Positions 41,280 through 51,411 of a stretch of DNA of 64,000 nt are shown here, one piece after another. A model generated the notes under the pieces. The model worked only from the letters and a program-made list of their open reading frames with translations, searched no databases and was not told where the DNA came from. Source of the stretch: Escherichia phage vB_EcoM_11B_SA_NWU. The position numbers were made by a program, and so were the translations under genes. The stretch lies in the sequence record OR062527; one strand, 5' to 3'. Positions within the stretch are counted from its first letter, which is position 1, and every line of letters starts with the position of its first letter.

Positions 41280-43544
41280 TCATAATTTACAGGATGAACA
41301 ATCTTCAGCTTTTGGAGTTTCTATTTCATAATCATCAGTACCAGAACCATCACGGGTATTATGATAATAGAAATTTTTTCCGCCAAAATACCAAAAATAC
41401 AAAAGGTCATCAATCATTATTGACATTGGAACCTTTCCTTTTGGAAAAATCTGCGGGTCATAATATGTATTCGCTGAAGCTGATTGACATACCCATTTCA
41501 GCATAATAGCTACCTGCGTAAGATAAGGTTTATTACCTTTCTTAGCTAATTTCCATGTATAATCATAGAGGTCTATGTTATGCTCAATATTGGGCACGAC
41601 TTGATTAAAGGAACCCTCTTTTGATTCTTTAACAGAGACTGGTCCACGTGGAGGCTCGATGCCGTTTGTACTGTTAGAAACTTGGGAAGATGACTCACAT
41701 GGCATAAGTGCTGATAATGTGCTATTACGGATGCCAAAGAGCTTAAGGTCTTCCCGCAGCGCCGACCAGTCACAAACGTATTTTGGAGCTGCGATTTGGT
41801 CAATCTTTTTATTGTACCAGTCGATAGGTAATTCGCCTCGAGACCAACGAGTGTCTGAATAATATTCGCAAGGTCCTTTTTCTTTGGCGAGCTTAATGGA
41901 TGCTTTAATGAGTCCATACTGTAATCTCTCAAATAGTTCATGTGTTAAATCGTTAGCATCTTCATAAGAAGCAAAGTTACTTGCCAGCCAAGCTGCATAG
42001 TTAGTAACACCTACACCAAGGTTTCGACGCTTTTTAGCTTTTTCTGCTTCAGGAACTGGATATCCTTGGTAATCCAAAAGATTATCAAGAGCACGAACTT
42101 GAACTTCTGCTAATTCATTAATTTTATCTTGGTCTTGCCAATCGAAGTTATCCAGCACAAATGCAGATAACGTGCACAATCCAATTTCAGCATCAGGGCT
42201 ATTCACATCATTTGTTGGAATAGCAATTTCACAGCACAAGTTACTCTGACGAATAGGTGCCTTTTCACGAATAAACGGAGTATAGTTATTCGTATTATCA
42301 ATGAACTGTACATAAATCCTTGCTGTTCCTGAGCGTTCAGTCATGAGCAATTCAAATAGTTCACGAGCTTTAATACGTTTTTTACGAATATTAGGGTCTT
42401 TTTCTGCGGCTTCATACAATTCACGGAAACGGTCTTGGTCTTTAAAATAAGAATAATAAAGCTCGCCACCCATTTCATGCGGACTGAACAAAGTAATGTA
42501 GTCGTTCTTTCCAAAACGTTCCATCATTAGGTCATTCAGCTGGACGCCATAATCCATATGACGGATACGGTTTTCTTCTACGCCTTTGTTATTTTTCAAA
42601 ACGAGAAGATTTTCAACTTCCAAATGCCAAATAGGATAATAAGCAGTAGCAGCGCCGCCACGAATTCCACCCTGTGAACATGATTTAACTGCAGTCTGAA
42701 AATGTTTCCAAAAAGGAATAACACCGGTATGGCGTACTTCACCCATGCCAATCTTAGAACCTTCGGCACGAATCATACCAACGTTAATACCAATTCCAGC
42801 ACGTTTAGAGATATATTCAACAATTGAAGCGGAAGCCTTATTGATAGACTTCAGCGAATCACCTGCCTCAATAACAACACATGAACTAAACTGTCGAGTC
42901 GGAGTACGACAACCAGCCATAATAGGAGTTGGCAGTGAAATCTGTCGAGTAGATACTGCTTCATAAAAACGGATAACGTGTTTTAGTCTATCAACAGGTT
43001 CATCTTGATGCAATGCCATTCCAATAGTCATAAATGCAAACTGAGGAGTTTCATAAATTTGACCAGTGGTTTTATCTTTAACTAGATATTTTTCTTTTAA
43101 TTGCATCGCCCCGGAATAAGTAAATTCCATATCCCGCTCGTGCTTAATTTTTGATTCTAAAAATGTAATTTCTTCTGCTGAATATTTTGACAATAATTCA
43201 GGGTCATATTTACCTGCATTTACACAATAAGAAATATGGTCAATAAATGAACGCGGTTCATATTGTCCGTAAACATGCTTACGAAGAGCAAACATTAAAC
43301 AACGTGCAGCTACATATTGGTAATCAGGCTCTTCAACCGAAATAGAATTCGCAGCGGCCTTAATGACAATAGTCTGAATATCATCAGTTGTCATTCCATC
43401 ACGGAGATAAGATTTAATATTTTCATATAATTCATAAGGATCTACTGATGTTCCCTCAGCTGCCCAAGATAAAACTTTAATAATTTTTTGTGGGTCAAAG
43501 CTCTGAGAAACACCACTACTTTTGATAACATTAATTAATTGCAT
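41280..43544 (-). CDS. nrdA: Ribonucleotide reductase large subunit (class Ia)
   Basis: 754 aa as T4 NrdA; N-terminal ATP-cone; catalytic region with NLCCEI motif. Confidence 0.95.
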   Translation of the reverse strand: MQLINVIKSSGVSQSFDPQKIIKVLSWAAEGTSVDPYELYENIKSYLRDGMTTDDIQTIVIKAAANSISVEEPDYQYVAARCLMFALRKHVYGQYEPRSFIDHISYCVNAGKYDPELLSKYSAEEITFLESKIKHERDMEFTYSGAMQLKEKYLVKDKTTGQIYETPQFAFMTIGMALHQDEPVDRLKHVIRFYEAVSTRQISLPTPIMAGCRTPTRQFSSCVVIEAGDSLKSINKASASIVEYISKRAGIGINVGMIRAEGSKIGMGEVRHTGVIPFWKHFQTAVKSCSQGGIRGGAATAYYPIWHLEVENLLVLKNNKGVEENRIRHMDYGVQLNDLMMERFGKNDYITLFSPHEMGGELYYSYFKDQDRFRELYEAAEKDPNIRKKRIKARELFELLMTERSGTARIYVQFIDNTNNYTPFIREKAPIRQSNLCCEIAIPTNDVNSPDAEIGLCTLSAFVLDNFDWQDQDKINELAEVQVRALDNLLDYQGYPVPEAEKAKKRRNLGVGVTNYAAWLASNFASYEDANDLTHELFERLQYGLIKASIKLAKEKGPCEYYSDTRWSRGELPIDWYNKKIDQIAAPKYVCDWSALREDLKLFGIRNSTLSALMPCESSSQVSNSTNGIEPPRGPVSVKESKEGSFNQVVPNIEHNIDLYDYTWKLAKKGNKPYLTQVAIMLKWVCQSASANTYYDPQIFPKGKVPMSIMIDDLLYFWYFGGKNFYYHNTRDGSGTDDYEIETPKAEDCSSCKL

Positions 43545-43861
43545 AAGTCCTCAACTTGAAAATCGTCTTTAAACAATCGGTTAACTATATGAGCTATTAT
43601 ATCACCATGACACGGCTTTGGTTTACATGTGCATCCTAGCCTCATTCCACGTAAAGGCTCTAAATGTGCTTTAGTTATTTCTCCGGATTTAATTCGACGT
43701 ATAAAATCTTTTTTGAATAATTCAATGGCAGCCTCCCGGCTGCCAGCATCTTTACCGACGTAATTTCCCCAAAATGTACCACGGTGAATATTAACATCAA
43801 AGTCGGATTTGTATTTATTCACTACCCGGCATAGACGGCCCGGTTGGTAATAATTCTTCAT
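43535..43861 (-). CDS. Hypothetical protein with Cys/His cluster ([12 protein letters not shown])
   Basis: 108-aa ORF overlapping nrdA start by 10 nt. Confidence 0.5.
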   Translation of the reverse strand: MKNYYQPGRLCRVVNKYKSDFDVNIHRGTFWGNYVGKDAGSREAAIELFKKDFIRRIKSGEITKAHLEPLRGMRLGCTCKPKPCHGDIIAHIVNRLFKDDFQVEDLCN

Positions 43862-44078
43862 ATTGTTTTTCCGTTAAAACAGTAATATCGTAGTAACAGT
43901 CAGAAGAAGTTTTAACTGTGGAAATTTTATTATCAAAATACTCACGAGTCATTTTATGAGTATAATATTTTTTGCCATAAATGATAATAGGCTGATTTGG
44001 TCCTGGAACTTCTAACTCACTTGGATTAGGAAGTGTAAAAAGAACTACACCAGAAGTATCTTTAAATCGTAAAATCAT
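43815..44078 (-). CDS. Hypothetical protein
   Basis: 87-aa ORF; 5' overlap with downstream ORF suggests true start may be later. Confidence 0.4.
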   Translation of the reverse strand: MILRFKDTSGVVLFTLPNPSELEVPGPNQPIIIYGKKYYTHKMTREYFDNKISTVKTSSDCYYDITVLTEKQYEELLPTGPSMPGSE

Positions 44079-44098
44079 ATATCCTCACAATAATAAAA

Positions 44099-44959
44099 TT
44101 ACACCGCCATCTTTCCTTTAATAGGAGGATGTGATTCATAGTTGTTAAGAACAAAATTATGAGGCTTTGCAAATTGACTCAACCAAAATACCTGCGATTC
44201 TGTGTCCCATTCATCAAATTCATCTGGAAATTTTAATTGTAATTCGCATAAATCCATAGGTTCACGACATAAAATTTCTTTACATTGTTCTACGTGATTC
44301 ATATAGATATGAGTATTACCACCAGAAAATATCAAATCTCCCGGAATAAGATTACACATCTTAGCTACAATATGAACTAACGTAGCATATGATGCAATAT
44401 TAAATGGAAGACCGAGGAAAACATCTACCGAACGTTGATACCACTGCAAATCCAAATAGCCATTACGCACATTAAACTGATAGAACATATGACAAGGCGG
44501 TAATGCCATATATTTAAGTTCAGCTGGATTCCATGCAGAAACAATTTGACGCCTATCATTTGGCAGTTTTTTAATACGATCAATAACTTCTATAATTTGA
44601 TCTACACCGCCAAAATCACGCCACTGTTTTCCATAAATTGGACCAAGTTCACCGCTATGGTATCCTAAATCTTTTGCTTGATTTTCGTAATTTTCATCCC
44701 AGACGGTTTTGCCTTGAATTAATGAATCATGTTGAATTAATCGCAAATCATTGACATTTGTGCTTCCTGATAAAAACCATATCAGCTCAGCAATGCATGC
44801 ATTCCAGGCGAGCTTTTTAGTTGTTACTGCAGGAAAGCCTTTAGTTAAATCCCAACGCAATTTAGTACCGAACAGAGCAATTGTTCCTGTGCCCGTTCGG
44901 TCATCGGTTTCATAGCCATTTTCAAAAATGTCTTTAATTAAATCTTGGTATTGTTTCAT
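44099..44959 (-). CDS. td: Thymidylate synthase, uninterrupted (no group I intron)
   Basis: 286 aa continuous; active-site PCH motif (ALPPCHMFYQF). Confidence 0.95.
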   Translation of the reverse strand: MKQYQDLIKDIFENGYETDDRTGTGTIALFGTKLRWDLTKGFPAVTTKKLAWNACIAELIWFLSGSTNVNDLRLIQHDSLIQGKTVWDENYENQAKDLGYHSGELGPIYGKQWRDFGGVDQIIEVIDRIKKLPNDRRQIVSAWNPAELKYMALPPCHMFYQFNVRNGYLDLQWYQRSVDVFLGLPFNIASYATLVHIVAKMCNLIPGDLIFSGGNTHIYMNHVEQCKEILCREPMDLCELQLKFPDEFDEWDTESQVFWLSQFAKPHNFVLNNYESHPPIKGKMAV

Positions 44960-45004
44960 TTAGTACCTTATATAAATTATAATACATTTTATGAAGCTAA
45001 ATAA

Positions 45005-45352
45005 TCAATACGGTTTAGCATCAAATTTTCTCTCAATTTCAGGCGTGAAATATAATTCTTTACCGCGTTTGGAAAAGCGACCAATAATATGATAATTATT
45101 CTCATCAAACGTGATATTACCAATATCCATAGCTTTCAACCAAATATCGATATTTCTATCCAGCTTTATGTCAAAATTCCAATATGGAGAACTATTACCG
45201 AAAATACTGCAAGCGGATTCAGTGAAACAACTGCTATAAATCTTGTCTTTAGGAACTACTAATTGATAGACACCTTTAATAAACTGAGGACCCTGCCACT
45301 TTGGCTGTTTCTCGTCTTTTTCTAATAGAATAGGGTAATAATTAAAATTCAT
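45005..45352 (-). CDS. Hypothetical protein inserted between frd and td
   Basis: 115-aa ORF occupying a ~410-bp gap where, as I recall, T4 frd and td abut. Confidence 0.5.
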   Translation of the reverse strand: MNFNYYPILLEKDEKQPKWQGPQFIKGVYQLVVPKDKIYSSCFTESACSIFGNSSPYWNFDIKLDRNIDIWLKAMDIGNITFDENNYHIIGRFSKRGKELYFTPEIERKFDAKPY

Positions 45353-45371
45353 ATTTCCGCCACGCGTTATT

Positions 45372-46201
<830 letters not shown>

Positions 46202-46212
46202 TTTATCTCCTA

Positions 46213-46545
46213 TTAAAAAGGATCAGGAACATATCCACTAGCTTTAATCATTTTAATTAACGTTAACATTCCTTTATTAACTGCTCGTGAGATTTCATCA
46301 AAAACTTCATCACTAAAAAGTTCTAACACGCCCTTCTGAACTTTTAATTTACAGCCAACAATTTCTTCATCGCCTATAGTAAATTCATTACCACCAATTC
46401 CACCGAAAAACTTAATTACACCAGTTAACTGTCTTCCACGAGAATATGGGTCGTGTGATAAAGTAATATGAGTCACCCCGGGTACAGTTTTAAATTGGCA
46501 GCGAATATTTACTTGTGAAATTCCAGTTACATGAATATCAGACAT
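46213..46545 (-). CDS. Hypothetical protein (frd.x cluster)
   Basis: 110-aa ORF. Confidence 0.5.
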   Translation of the reverse strand: MSDIHVTGISQVNIRCQFKTVPGVTHITLSHDPYSRGRQLTGVIKFFGGIGGNEFTIGDEEIVGCKLKVQKGVLELFSDEVFDEISRAVNKGMLTLIKMIKASGYVPDPF

Positions 46546-46555
46546 AATATTTTCC

Positions 46556-46798
46556 TCAAATAGACTTTTTCACAATTTTCCAATCAGCTTTAAACTGTTC
46601 AACGTCAGAATGATAAATCCAGAATCCTGCGCTTTCTCCATCCTCATAAAGAGGGCATCCATCACATTCATCTTCCCATCCCATATCACGTAAAAGATGT
46701 TCAGCTTTTTCAACAAGTTCAGAATCTTTACCAATGATATTAAAATACCATTTACCTCTAACTTCTGAATCTTTGATGCTCTGGCGTTGTAATCTCAT
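46556..46798 (-). CDS. Hypothetical protein (frd.x cluster)
   Basis: 80-aa ORF with SD aaggaga and upstream promoter-like element. Confidence 0.5.
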   Translation of the reverse strand: MRLQRQSIKDSEVRGKWYFNIIGKDSELVEKAEHLLRDMGWEDECDGCPLYEDGESAGFWIYHSDVEQFKADWKIVKKSI

Positions 46799-46823
46799 TT
46801 TATTCTCCTTAGTTGATAGGGTA

Positions 46824-46852
46824 ATAGTATCACACTACTACCCTTCTGTAAA
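46824..46852 (-). promoter_or_regulatory. Putative early promoter -35 TTTACA, 17-nt spacer, -10 TACTAT
   Basis: Minus strand GTTTACAgaagggtagtagtgtgaTACTAT. Confidence 0.4.
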
Positions 46853-47239
46853 CTACTTTTTGAAAGTTTTTCGCAAAAGTTCAATGATTTCATCTACATT
46901 GTTTTCGTCAACAATGCAGTGAATTTTTGTTACGCCAGAAATCTTGTCTTCGACTTCATCTTCTTCAGAAGTCGGTTCTTTATACTCACGAAAACAATAA
47001 AACTCTTCTTCACTAAGTTCAAAATAATCATCACCCATACCATCATCATTATAGATTTCGCCATTAGCACAAATGATTTCGGTTACATAATCACAGCCAT
47101 CTAATCTTGATATTGATTTAACTTCAAACCAACCACCATTTTCTTGAATGATGCCGACCATATTAGAATTTGATGAACTAATATCAATAAAAGATTTAAT
47201 ACGATGTGGATTTAACTCATATTTTTTGCCGATTTCCAT
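46853..47239 (-). CDS. Hypothetical protein (between frd cluster and 32)
   Basis: 128 aa from ATG 47239 with SD gagga; hairpin 47261-47278 in its leader. Confidence 0.5.
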   Translation of the reverse strand: MEIGKKYELNPHRIKSFIDISSSNSNMVGIIQENGGWFEVKSISRLDGCDYVTEIICANGEIYNDDGMGDDYFELSEEEFYCFREYKEPTSEEDEVEDKISGVTKIHCIVDENNVDEIIELLRKTFKK

Positions 47240-47284
47240 TTTGATTTTCCTCATTTTAATAGGGGCTATCAAGCCCCTTGATAA

Positions 47285-47515
47285 TTATTGTTCAATCAGT
47301 CCCATATAAAATTCTGCGTCTTCAGAATCCATGCCGTCACAATATTCATTAGCCATAAAGCGGGTGAGGTCTTCAAGAGGACCTTCAATGACAATAGAAA
47401 AATTGCAATAATTGGGATCATCATGAATACTTGTGATACTAAGTTCAGGATAACGATTACGAACAATTTCTTCAATGTATTCAAAATCAACGATGTCAAT
47501 ATCAACTTTAGCCAT
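47285..47515 (-). CDS. Hypothetical acidic protein downstream of gene 32
   Basis: 76 aa from MAKVDIDIV with SD agagga; longer track ORF would overlap gene 32. Confidence 0.5.
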   Translation of the reverse strand: MAKVDIDIVDFEYIEEIVRNRYPELSITSIHDDPNYCNFSIVIEGPLEDLTRFMANEYCDGMDSEDAEFYMGLIEQ

Positions 47516-47528
47516 ATCATTTTCCTCT

Positions 47529-48461
47529 TTAATTATCAGCAATATTGCCGATAGTTGTATAGTACCATGGAAGAACAGGGAGGTCCGTGTCATCAGCACT
47601 AGATGAACTGCCAGAGCTTGAGCTCATAAAATCATCTTCAGTTTTTGTATTGAAGTCATCAACATTGAATGCATCCAAATCATCAGCAACTTTATCAGCT
47701 TTCTTAGCGGCAGTCGCTGCGGCACCACCCATAGCAGCAGTTCCCATAACTTGACTGAACTTAGTGCTCAGTTCTTCAAACGATTTGAATTTATCTTTAG
47801 AAGTCATTTCAGAAAGGTCAACCATTTGTTCGAACAGTTCTTTCTGGAAAGATTCATCATCAATGTTTGGAATCGCAGATTGATTCAGGAATTTAGATTC
47901 GTCGTAGTTACTAAAACCAGAAACTTGTTTAACTTTCAGTACAAAGTTAGCACCTTCCCACGGACAAGTTACATCAACTGGAGTTTCACCCATTTCAACA
48001 TCAACTGCAATCATTGCATTGATTTTATCCCAGATTTTCTTACCGAAGCGGTATTTAAATACTTTACCTTCATTTTCTGGAGCAGCTGGGTCTTTTACTA
48101 CAAGAATGTTAGCCCAGTAAGAAGTTTTACGTTTAACAAGACCGTACTCTTTATTGTCAGTATTGTACAAATCATTTTTACTGATGTACTGACATACTGG
48201 ACAAGAATCGTAATCACCGTGAGTAGATGAACATGTTTCAATATACCATTTACCATTTTTCTTGAAACCGTGATTTACAAGAATTGCGAATGGTGCTTGT
48301 TCATCATTTTTAGACGGAAGAAAACGAATTACTGCTTGACCGTTACCCGCATTATCGAGTTTCAGTTTCCACTCGCCTTTATCTTCAGAAGAAAAACCTT
48401 TATTGCCATTCAGTTTAGCCATTTGTGCAGCAAGTTCAGCAGTAGATTTACGTTTAAACAT
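47529..48461 (-). CDS. 32: Single-stranded DNA-binding protein gp32
   Basis: 310 aa; MFKRKS...[18 protein letters not shown]... recognised as T4 gp32; acidic C-terminal tail. Confidence 0.95.
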
Positions 48462-48521
48462 TTTATTTCCTTTTTAATTTATTTAATTAACAGTTGGTGC
48501 TATGACACTTTACCTCATAGC
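48462..48521 (-). promoter_or_regulatory. Gene 32 autoregulatory translational operator: AU-rich leader plus upstream pseudoknot-forming hairpin
   Basis: Minus strand gcuaugagguaaagugucauagcaccaacuguuaauuaaauaaauuaaaaaggaaauaaaAUG; stem GCUAUGA/UCAUAGC. Confidence 0.6.
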
Positions 48522-49144
48522 TGGCATAATTTACAATACTCTGGGTCTTCGAGAGGTATCCAACCTGAGTTGAAATACTTTACCATCGATTTAGCAGTTG
48601 TATCGGTTATATTTATATTACCTTTAACTCTTCGCCATCCAGGAGTTTTACCATACAGATTAGAAGATAATAACACATAATTCTCGTAAGCAATATGAGA
48701 TAATTTCCAAGACTCTATATTAGCTCGTGATGTTTTCCAAGGTCTGAAATCGTCACGGTTCATATAATTAGCCAATCTCATATGCTCTCTAACTTCCGGG
48801 TCTTTAGCTGGATGAGTTTCACCACTCACACCAAATCCACCGCCAGCATATACCAGATTAAAATAGTCTGGATTATCTCTGGCATTTACTTCAAGTTGGT
48901 ATTTTCGCTCTGCTTCAATAACATTCAAGTCATCATCAATTTGAATTATTTTAACGTTCGGTTTTTGAAGCATTACCGCATTCAAAAATCTTTTTTGTTT
49001 ACATGAGCTCCAGTATTCCTTTCCGGAAGAGTCATATATTATTCCGTTCTCAAATGAGCAATTTAATTTACTACCGATATAGTAGTATGGCGGAGTCTTA
49101 TTTTTGACACGGTCTTCAAATGTAAACCAATATACTATATTCAT
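48515..49144 (-). CDS. Putative GIY-YIG homing endonuclease (SegG-like) between genes 59 and 32
   Basis: 209 aa; N-terminal IVYWFTF ... YYYIGSK resembles a degenerate GIY...YIG motif; position matches T4 segG. Confidence 0.45.
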   Translation of the reverse strand: MNIVYWFTFEDRVKNKTPPYYYIGSKLNCSFENGIIYDSSGKEYWSSCKQKRFLNAVMLQKPNVKIIQIDDDLNVIEAERKYQLEVNARDNPDYFNLVYAGGGFGVSGETHPAKDPEVREHMRLANYMNRDDFRPWKTSRANIESWKLSHIAYENYVLLSSNLYGKTPGWRRVKGNINITDTTAKSMVKYFNSGWIPLEDPEYCKLCQL

Positions 49145-49145
49145 A

Positions 49146-49799
49146 TTAATACTTGCAAGATTTCACAGTTTCAATAAAAACACTTTTAGCTTTCTGTGAA
49201 TCGATATTTAAAATTTTTCTATAAGCTTTTAACTTTATAGAATAATTGTTCCAGACTAAATTATCAGTCTGTTCATCATGTTTATCAATTATATTTAAAA
49301 ACGAATCAAGCAAGATAAACGTCTCAAACGAAATTATATTCGATTGAAGTAGTTTAAAAATATAACTTGATTGAACTTTTGGATTATACTCAAAGATTTC
49401 TTTAAAAGCAGAAACTTCAACTTTTTTACTAAAATAATAAATGTTGCGAATATCTTCTTCAAACTTAAATTTAATTTGCTTTAAGCGTCCGATATATTCA
49501 CGATAAAACACAAGTGCATCAGCGTCAGAGATGTCACCAATCCAAGCATCTTGGTTAGCAACCAGATTGCTTATAAAGATTAAAGCAAGTTCCTTTAATT
49601 TATATTTTTCTGATAACTTCTGGAAAAAATACTTATCCCTTCGCTTTTGATAAGCGGCATCAGACACCCGCATGCACCAATTATACTTAATTACATCATA
49701 CTTTCCATTCATATGTTGTTTTATCATTAAGTATAATTTATAAACTGATTTACCATCAATGTATCTTTCACCACCAGCAGGCATGCGGAGTTTAATCAT
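49146..49799 (-). CDS. 59: Helicase loader gp59
   Basis: 217 aa as T4 gp59. Confidence 0.9.
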   Translation of the reverse strand: MIKLRMPAGGERYIDGKSVYKLYLMIKQHMNGKYDVIKYNWCMRVSDAAYQKRRDKYFFQKLSEKYKLKELALIFISNLVANQDAWIGDISDADALVFYREYIGRLKQIKFKFEEDIRNIYYFSKKVEVSAFKEIFEYNPKVQSSYIFKLLQSNIISFETFILLDSFLNIIDKHDEQTDNLVWNNYSIKLKAYRKILNIDSQKAKSVFIETVKSCKY

Positions 49800-50134
49800 A
49801 GTAGAAAATCTAATGTATTAGTTTTTTCACAACGAACAACAGAAGGACGTAAAAGATTTTCGTCAATAGCTTCTGACTGAATTTTTTCAATTATACCCGA
49901 AGGAATAAATTTAGCAAATTGAGTTTCAGGAATAGAATTTTCTTCCAAGAATGCTGTTGTAGCTTCAAGATAACTCATTCCAAACTCTTCTACCATTTTT
50001 TCAATAATAAATCCATTTTCTTGGCGGTCAAGAAGTTTTGCTATTTCATCCTTTTCTTTCTTAATTGAAAGTTCTTTTTCTGAAAGACCGGTCTCATCGA
50101 CCGGACGAATATCATTTAGAGAAAACTGTGTCAT
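49796..50134 (-). CDS. 33: Late transcription co-activator gp33
   Basis: 112 aa from MTQFSLNDIR...; ATGA overlap with gene 59. Confidence 0.8.
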   Translation of the reverse strand: MTQFSLNDIRPVDETGLSEKELSIKKEKDEIAKLLDRQENGFIIEKMVEEFGMSYLEATTAFLEENSIPETQFAKFIPSGIIEKIQSEAIDENLLRPSVVRCEKTNTLDFLL

Positions 50135-50381
50135 AAAGTTCAACTACCTCTTCAATTTCAGCTTCAAACACATCACGGTTATCTTTATGATACAAAGCTA
50201 ATAGACGATTAAACATCTTACCATCAACGCCAAGTTCATCTTTGGCACGAATTCGAATGTCTTTAATCAATTCATTATAACCGGAAATTTTCAGTTTATG
50301 ATCAGATGCTTCTTTAATAAATTTAGCCAAGTCTTCGCCATGAATAGCTTCATCAAATTCAACCATTTCTTTTTTAGCCAT
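50112..50381 (-). CDS. dsbA: DsbA dsDNA-binding protein
   Basis: 89 aa between rnh and gene 33 as in T4. Confidence 0.8.
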   Translation of the reverse strand: MAKKEMVEFDEAIHGEDLAKFIKEASDHKLKISGYNELIKDIRIRAKDELGVDGKMFNRLLALYHKDNRDVFEAEIEEVVELYDTVFSK

Positions 50382-50389
50382 TATTCACC

Positions 50390-51307
50390 TCAAAATTCAT
50401 TAATGCTATTAGTTAATTTAGAAAGACCCGCTTTTACAAAATATGAATAAATTTTGCCACGCGGTGGTAATTTATATGAATTATAGTAATTCACAATGTT
50501 TGAAGCAATATTATCAGGAATATAATCAAAATCAATTAGAACTAAATTTTCTTTATATCGATTATATTCAGATTCAGTGAGAAGCACCTTAGCTTGCTCA
50601 CGGTCATTAGCAATAGCTTCAACAATAGAGGTTTTCATTGAAGGAGTTCGTTCACCTTCAACTCTGGTAAACCAAAAGTCAGATCGTACTTTAACTGAAG
50701 CAACGTTATCCTTTTTGTCGCCTTTAAGGATTTTAGTCATACAGTCAATTTCAGCAGAACCGCTTTTAATTTTAACCCATTTCTTGTGCATCGGTGACCA
50801 TTGCTTAACATTTGGATATTTGTGAAGTTGAGTAAAGTCACCATCCGATGAAATGATTAAAATCTTATGTCCTTCTAAAGAGAACTTTTTAACAAGAACA
50901 GCAATATGGTCATCTGCTTCATACTTATCAATATCCATAACGATGTATGGCATATAAGCTTTCAATTCATCTATAACTTTATGGCTGGATTCAAAATAAC
51001 CTTCCCAATCCCAAGTAGATTCTTCTCGTGCTTTTCCACGGTTTTTCTTATAATAATAAGCAAAATCACGACGCCAGTATCCAGATTTCGCGTTATCAAT
51101 ACACAGTACAATTTTAGTGTATCCAAGAGTTTTTGCTTTTTTGACATTAAACTTAATTGAGTTCAATATCAAATGACGAACCATTGATAAATTAATTTTT
51201 TCTTTATCTGGGAAGTTTACCAAAGCAGTTGAAAGCGCAATTTGACTAAAGTCAATTAAGCAGATTCCTTCTTTGTAATCTTCATCCAGCATCATTTCTA
51301 AATCCAT
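50390..51307 (-). CDS. rnh: RNase H (5'-3' exonuclease, FEN family)
   Basis: 305 aa from MDLEMMLDEDYKEG... Confidence 0.9.
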   Translation of the reverse strand: MDLEMMLDEDYKEGICLIDFSQIALSTALVNFPDKEKINLSMVRHLILNSIKFNVKKAKTLGYTKIVLCIDNAKSGYWRRDFAYYYKKNRGKAREESTWDWEGYFESSHKVIDELKAYMPYIVMDIDKYEADDHIAVLVKKFSLEGHKILIISSDGDFTQLHKYPNVKQWSPMHKKWVKIKSGSAEIDCMTKILKGDKKDNVASVKVRSDFWFTRVEGERTPSMKTSIVEAIANDREQAKVLLTESEYNRYKENLVLIDFDYIPDNIASNIVNYYNSYKLPPRGKIYSYFVKAGLSKLTNSINEF

Positions 51308-51369
51308 ATGAACCTCGTTCAATTAGTGAGATTTCTATTATATACCATCCGAATCTTAAAGTAAACAAG

Positions 51370-51377
51370 TATAAATA
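51370..51377 (+). promoter_or_regulatory. Late promoter core TATAAATA for gene 34
   Basis: Exact TATAAATA 35 nt upstream of ATG 51412. Confidence 0.6.
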
Positions 51378-51411
51378 CTTATTATTGAAAACACAATAGG
51401 AGCCCGGGAGA

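Noticed and set aside
44099-44959. Group I intron and I-TevI homing endonuclease in td, as in T4
   Set aside because: td is a single uninterrupted 286-aa reading frame; likewise nrdB is uninterrupted
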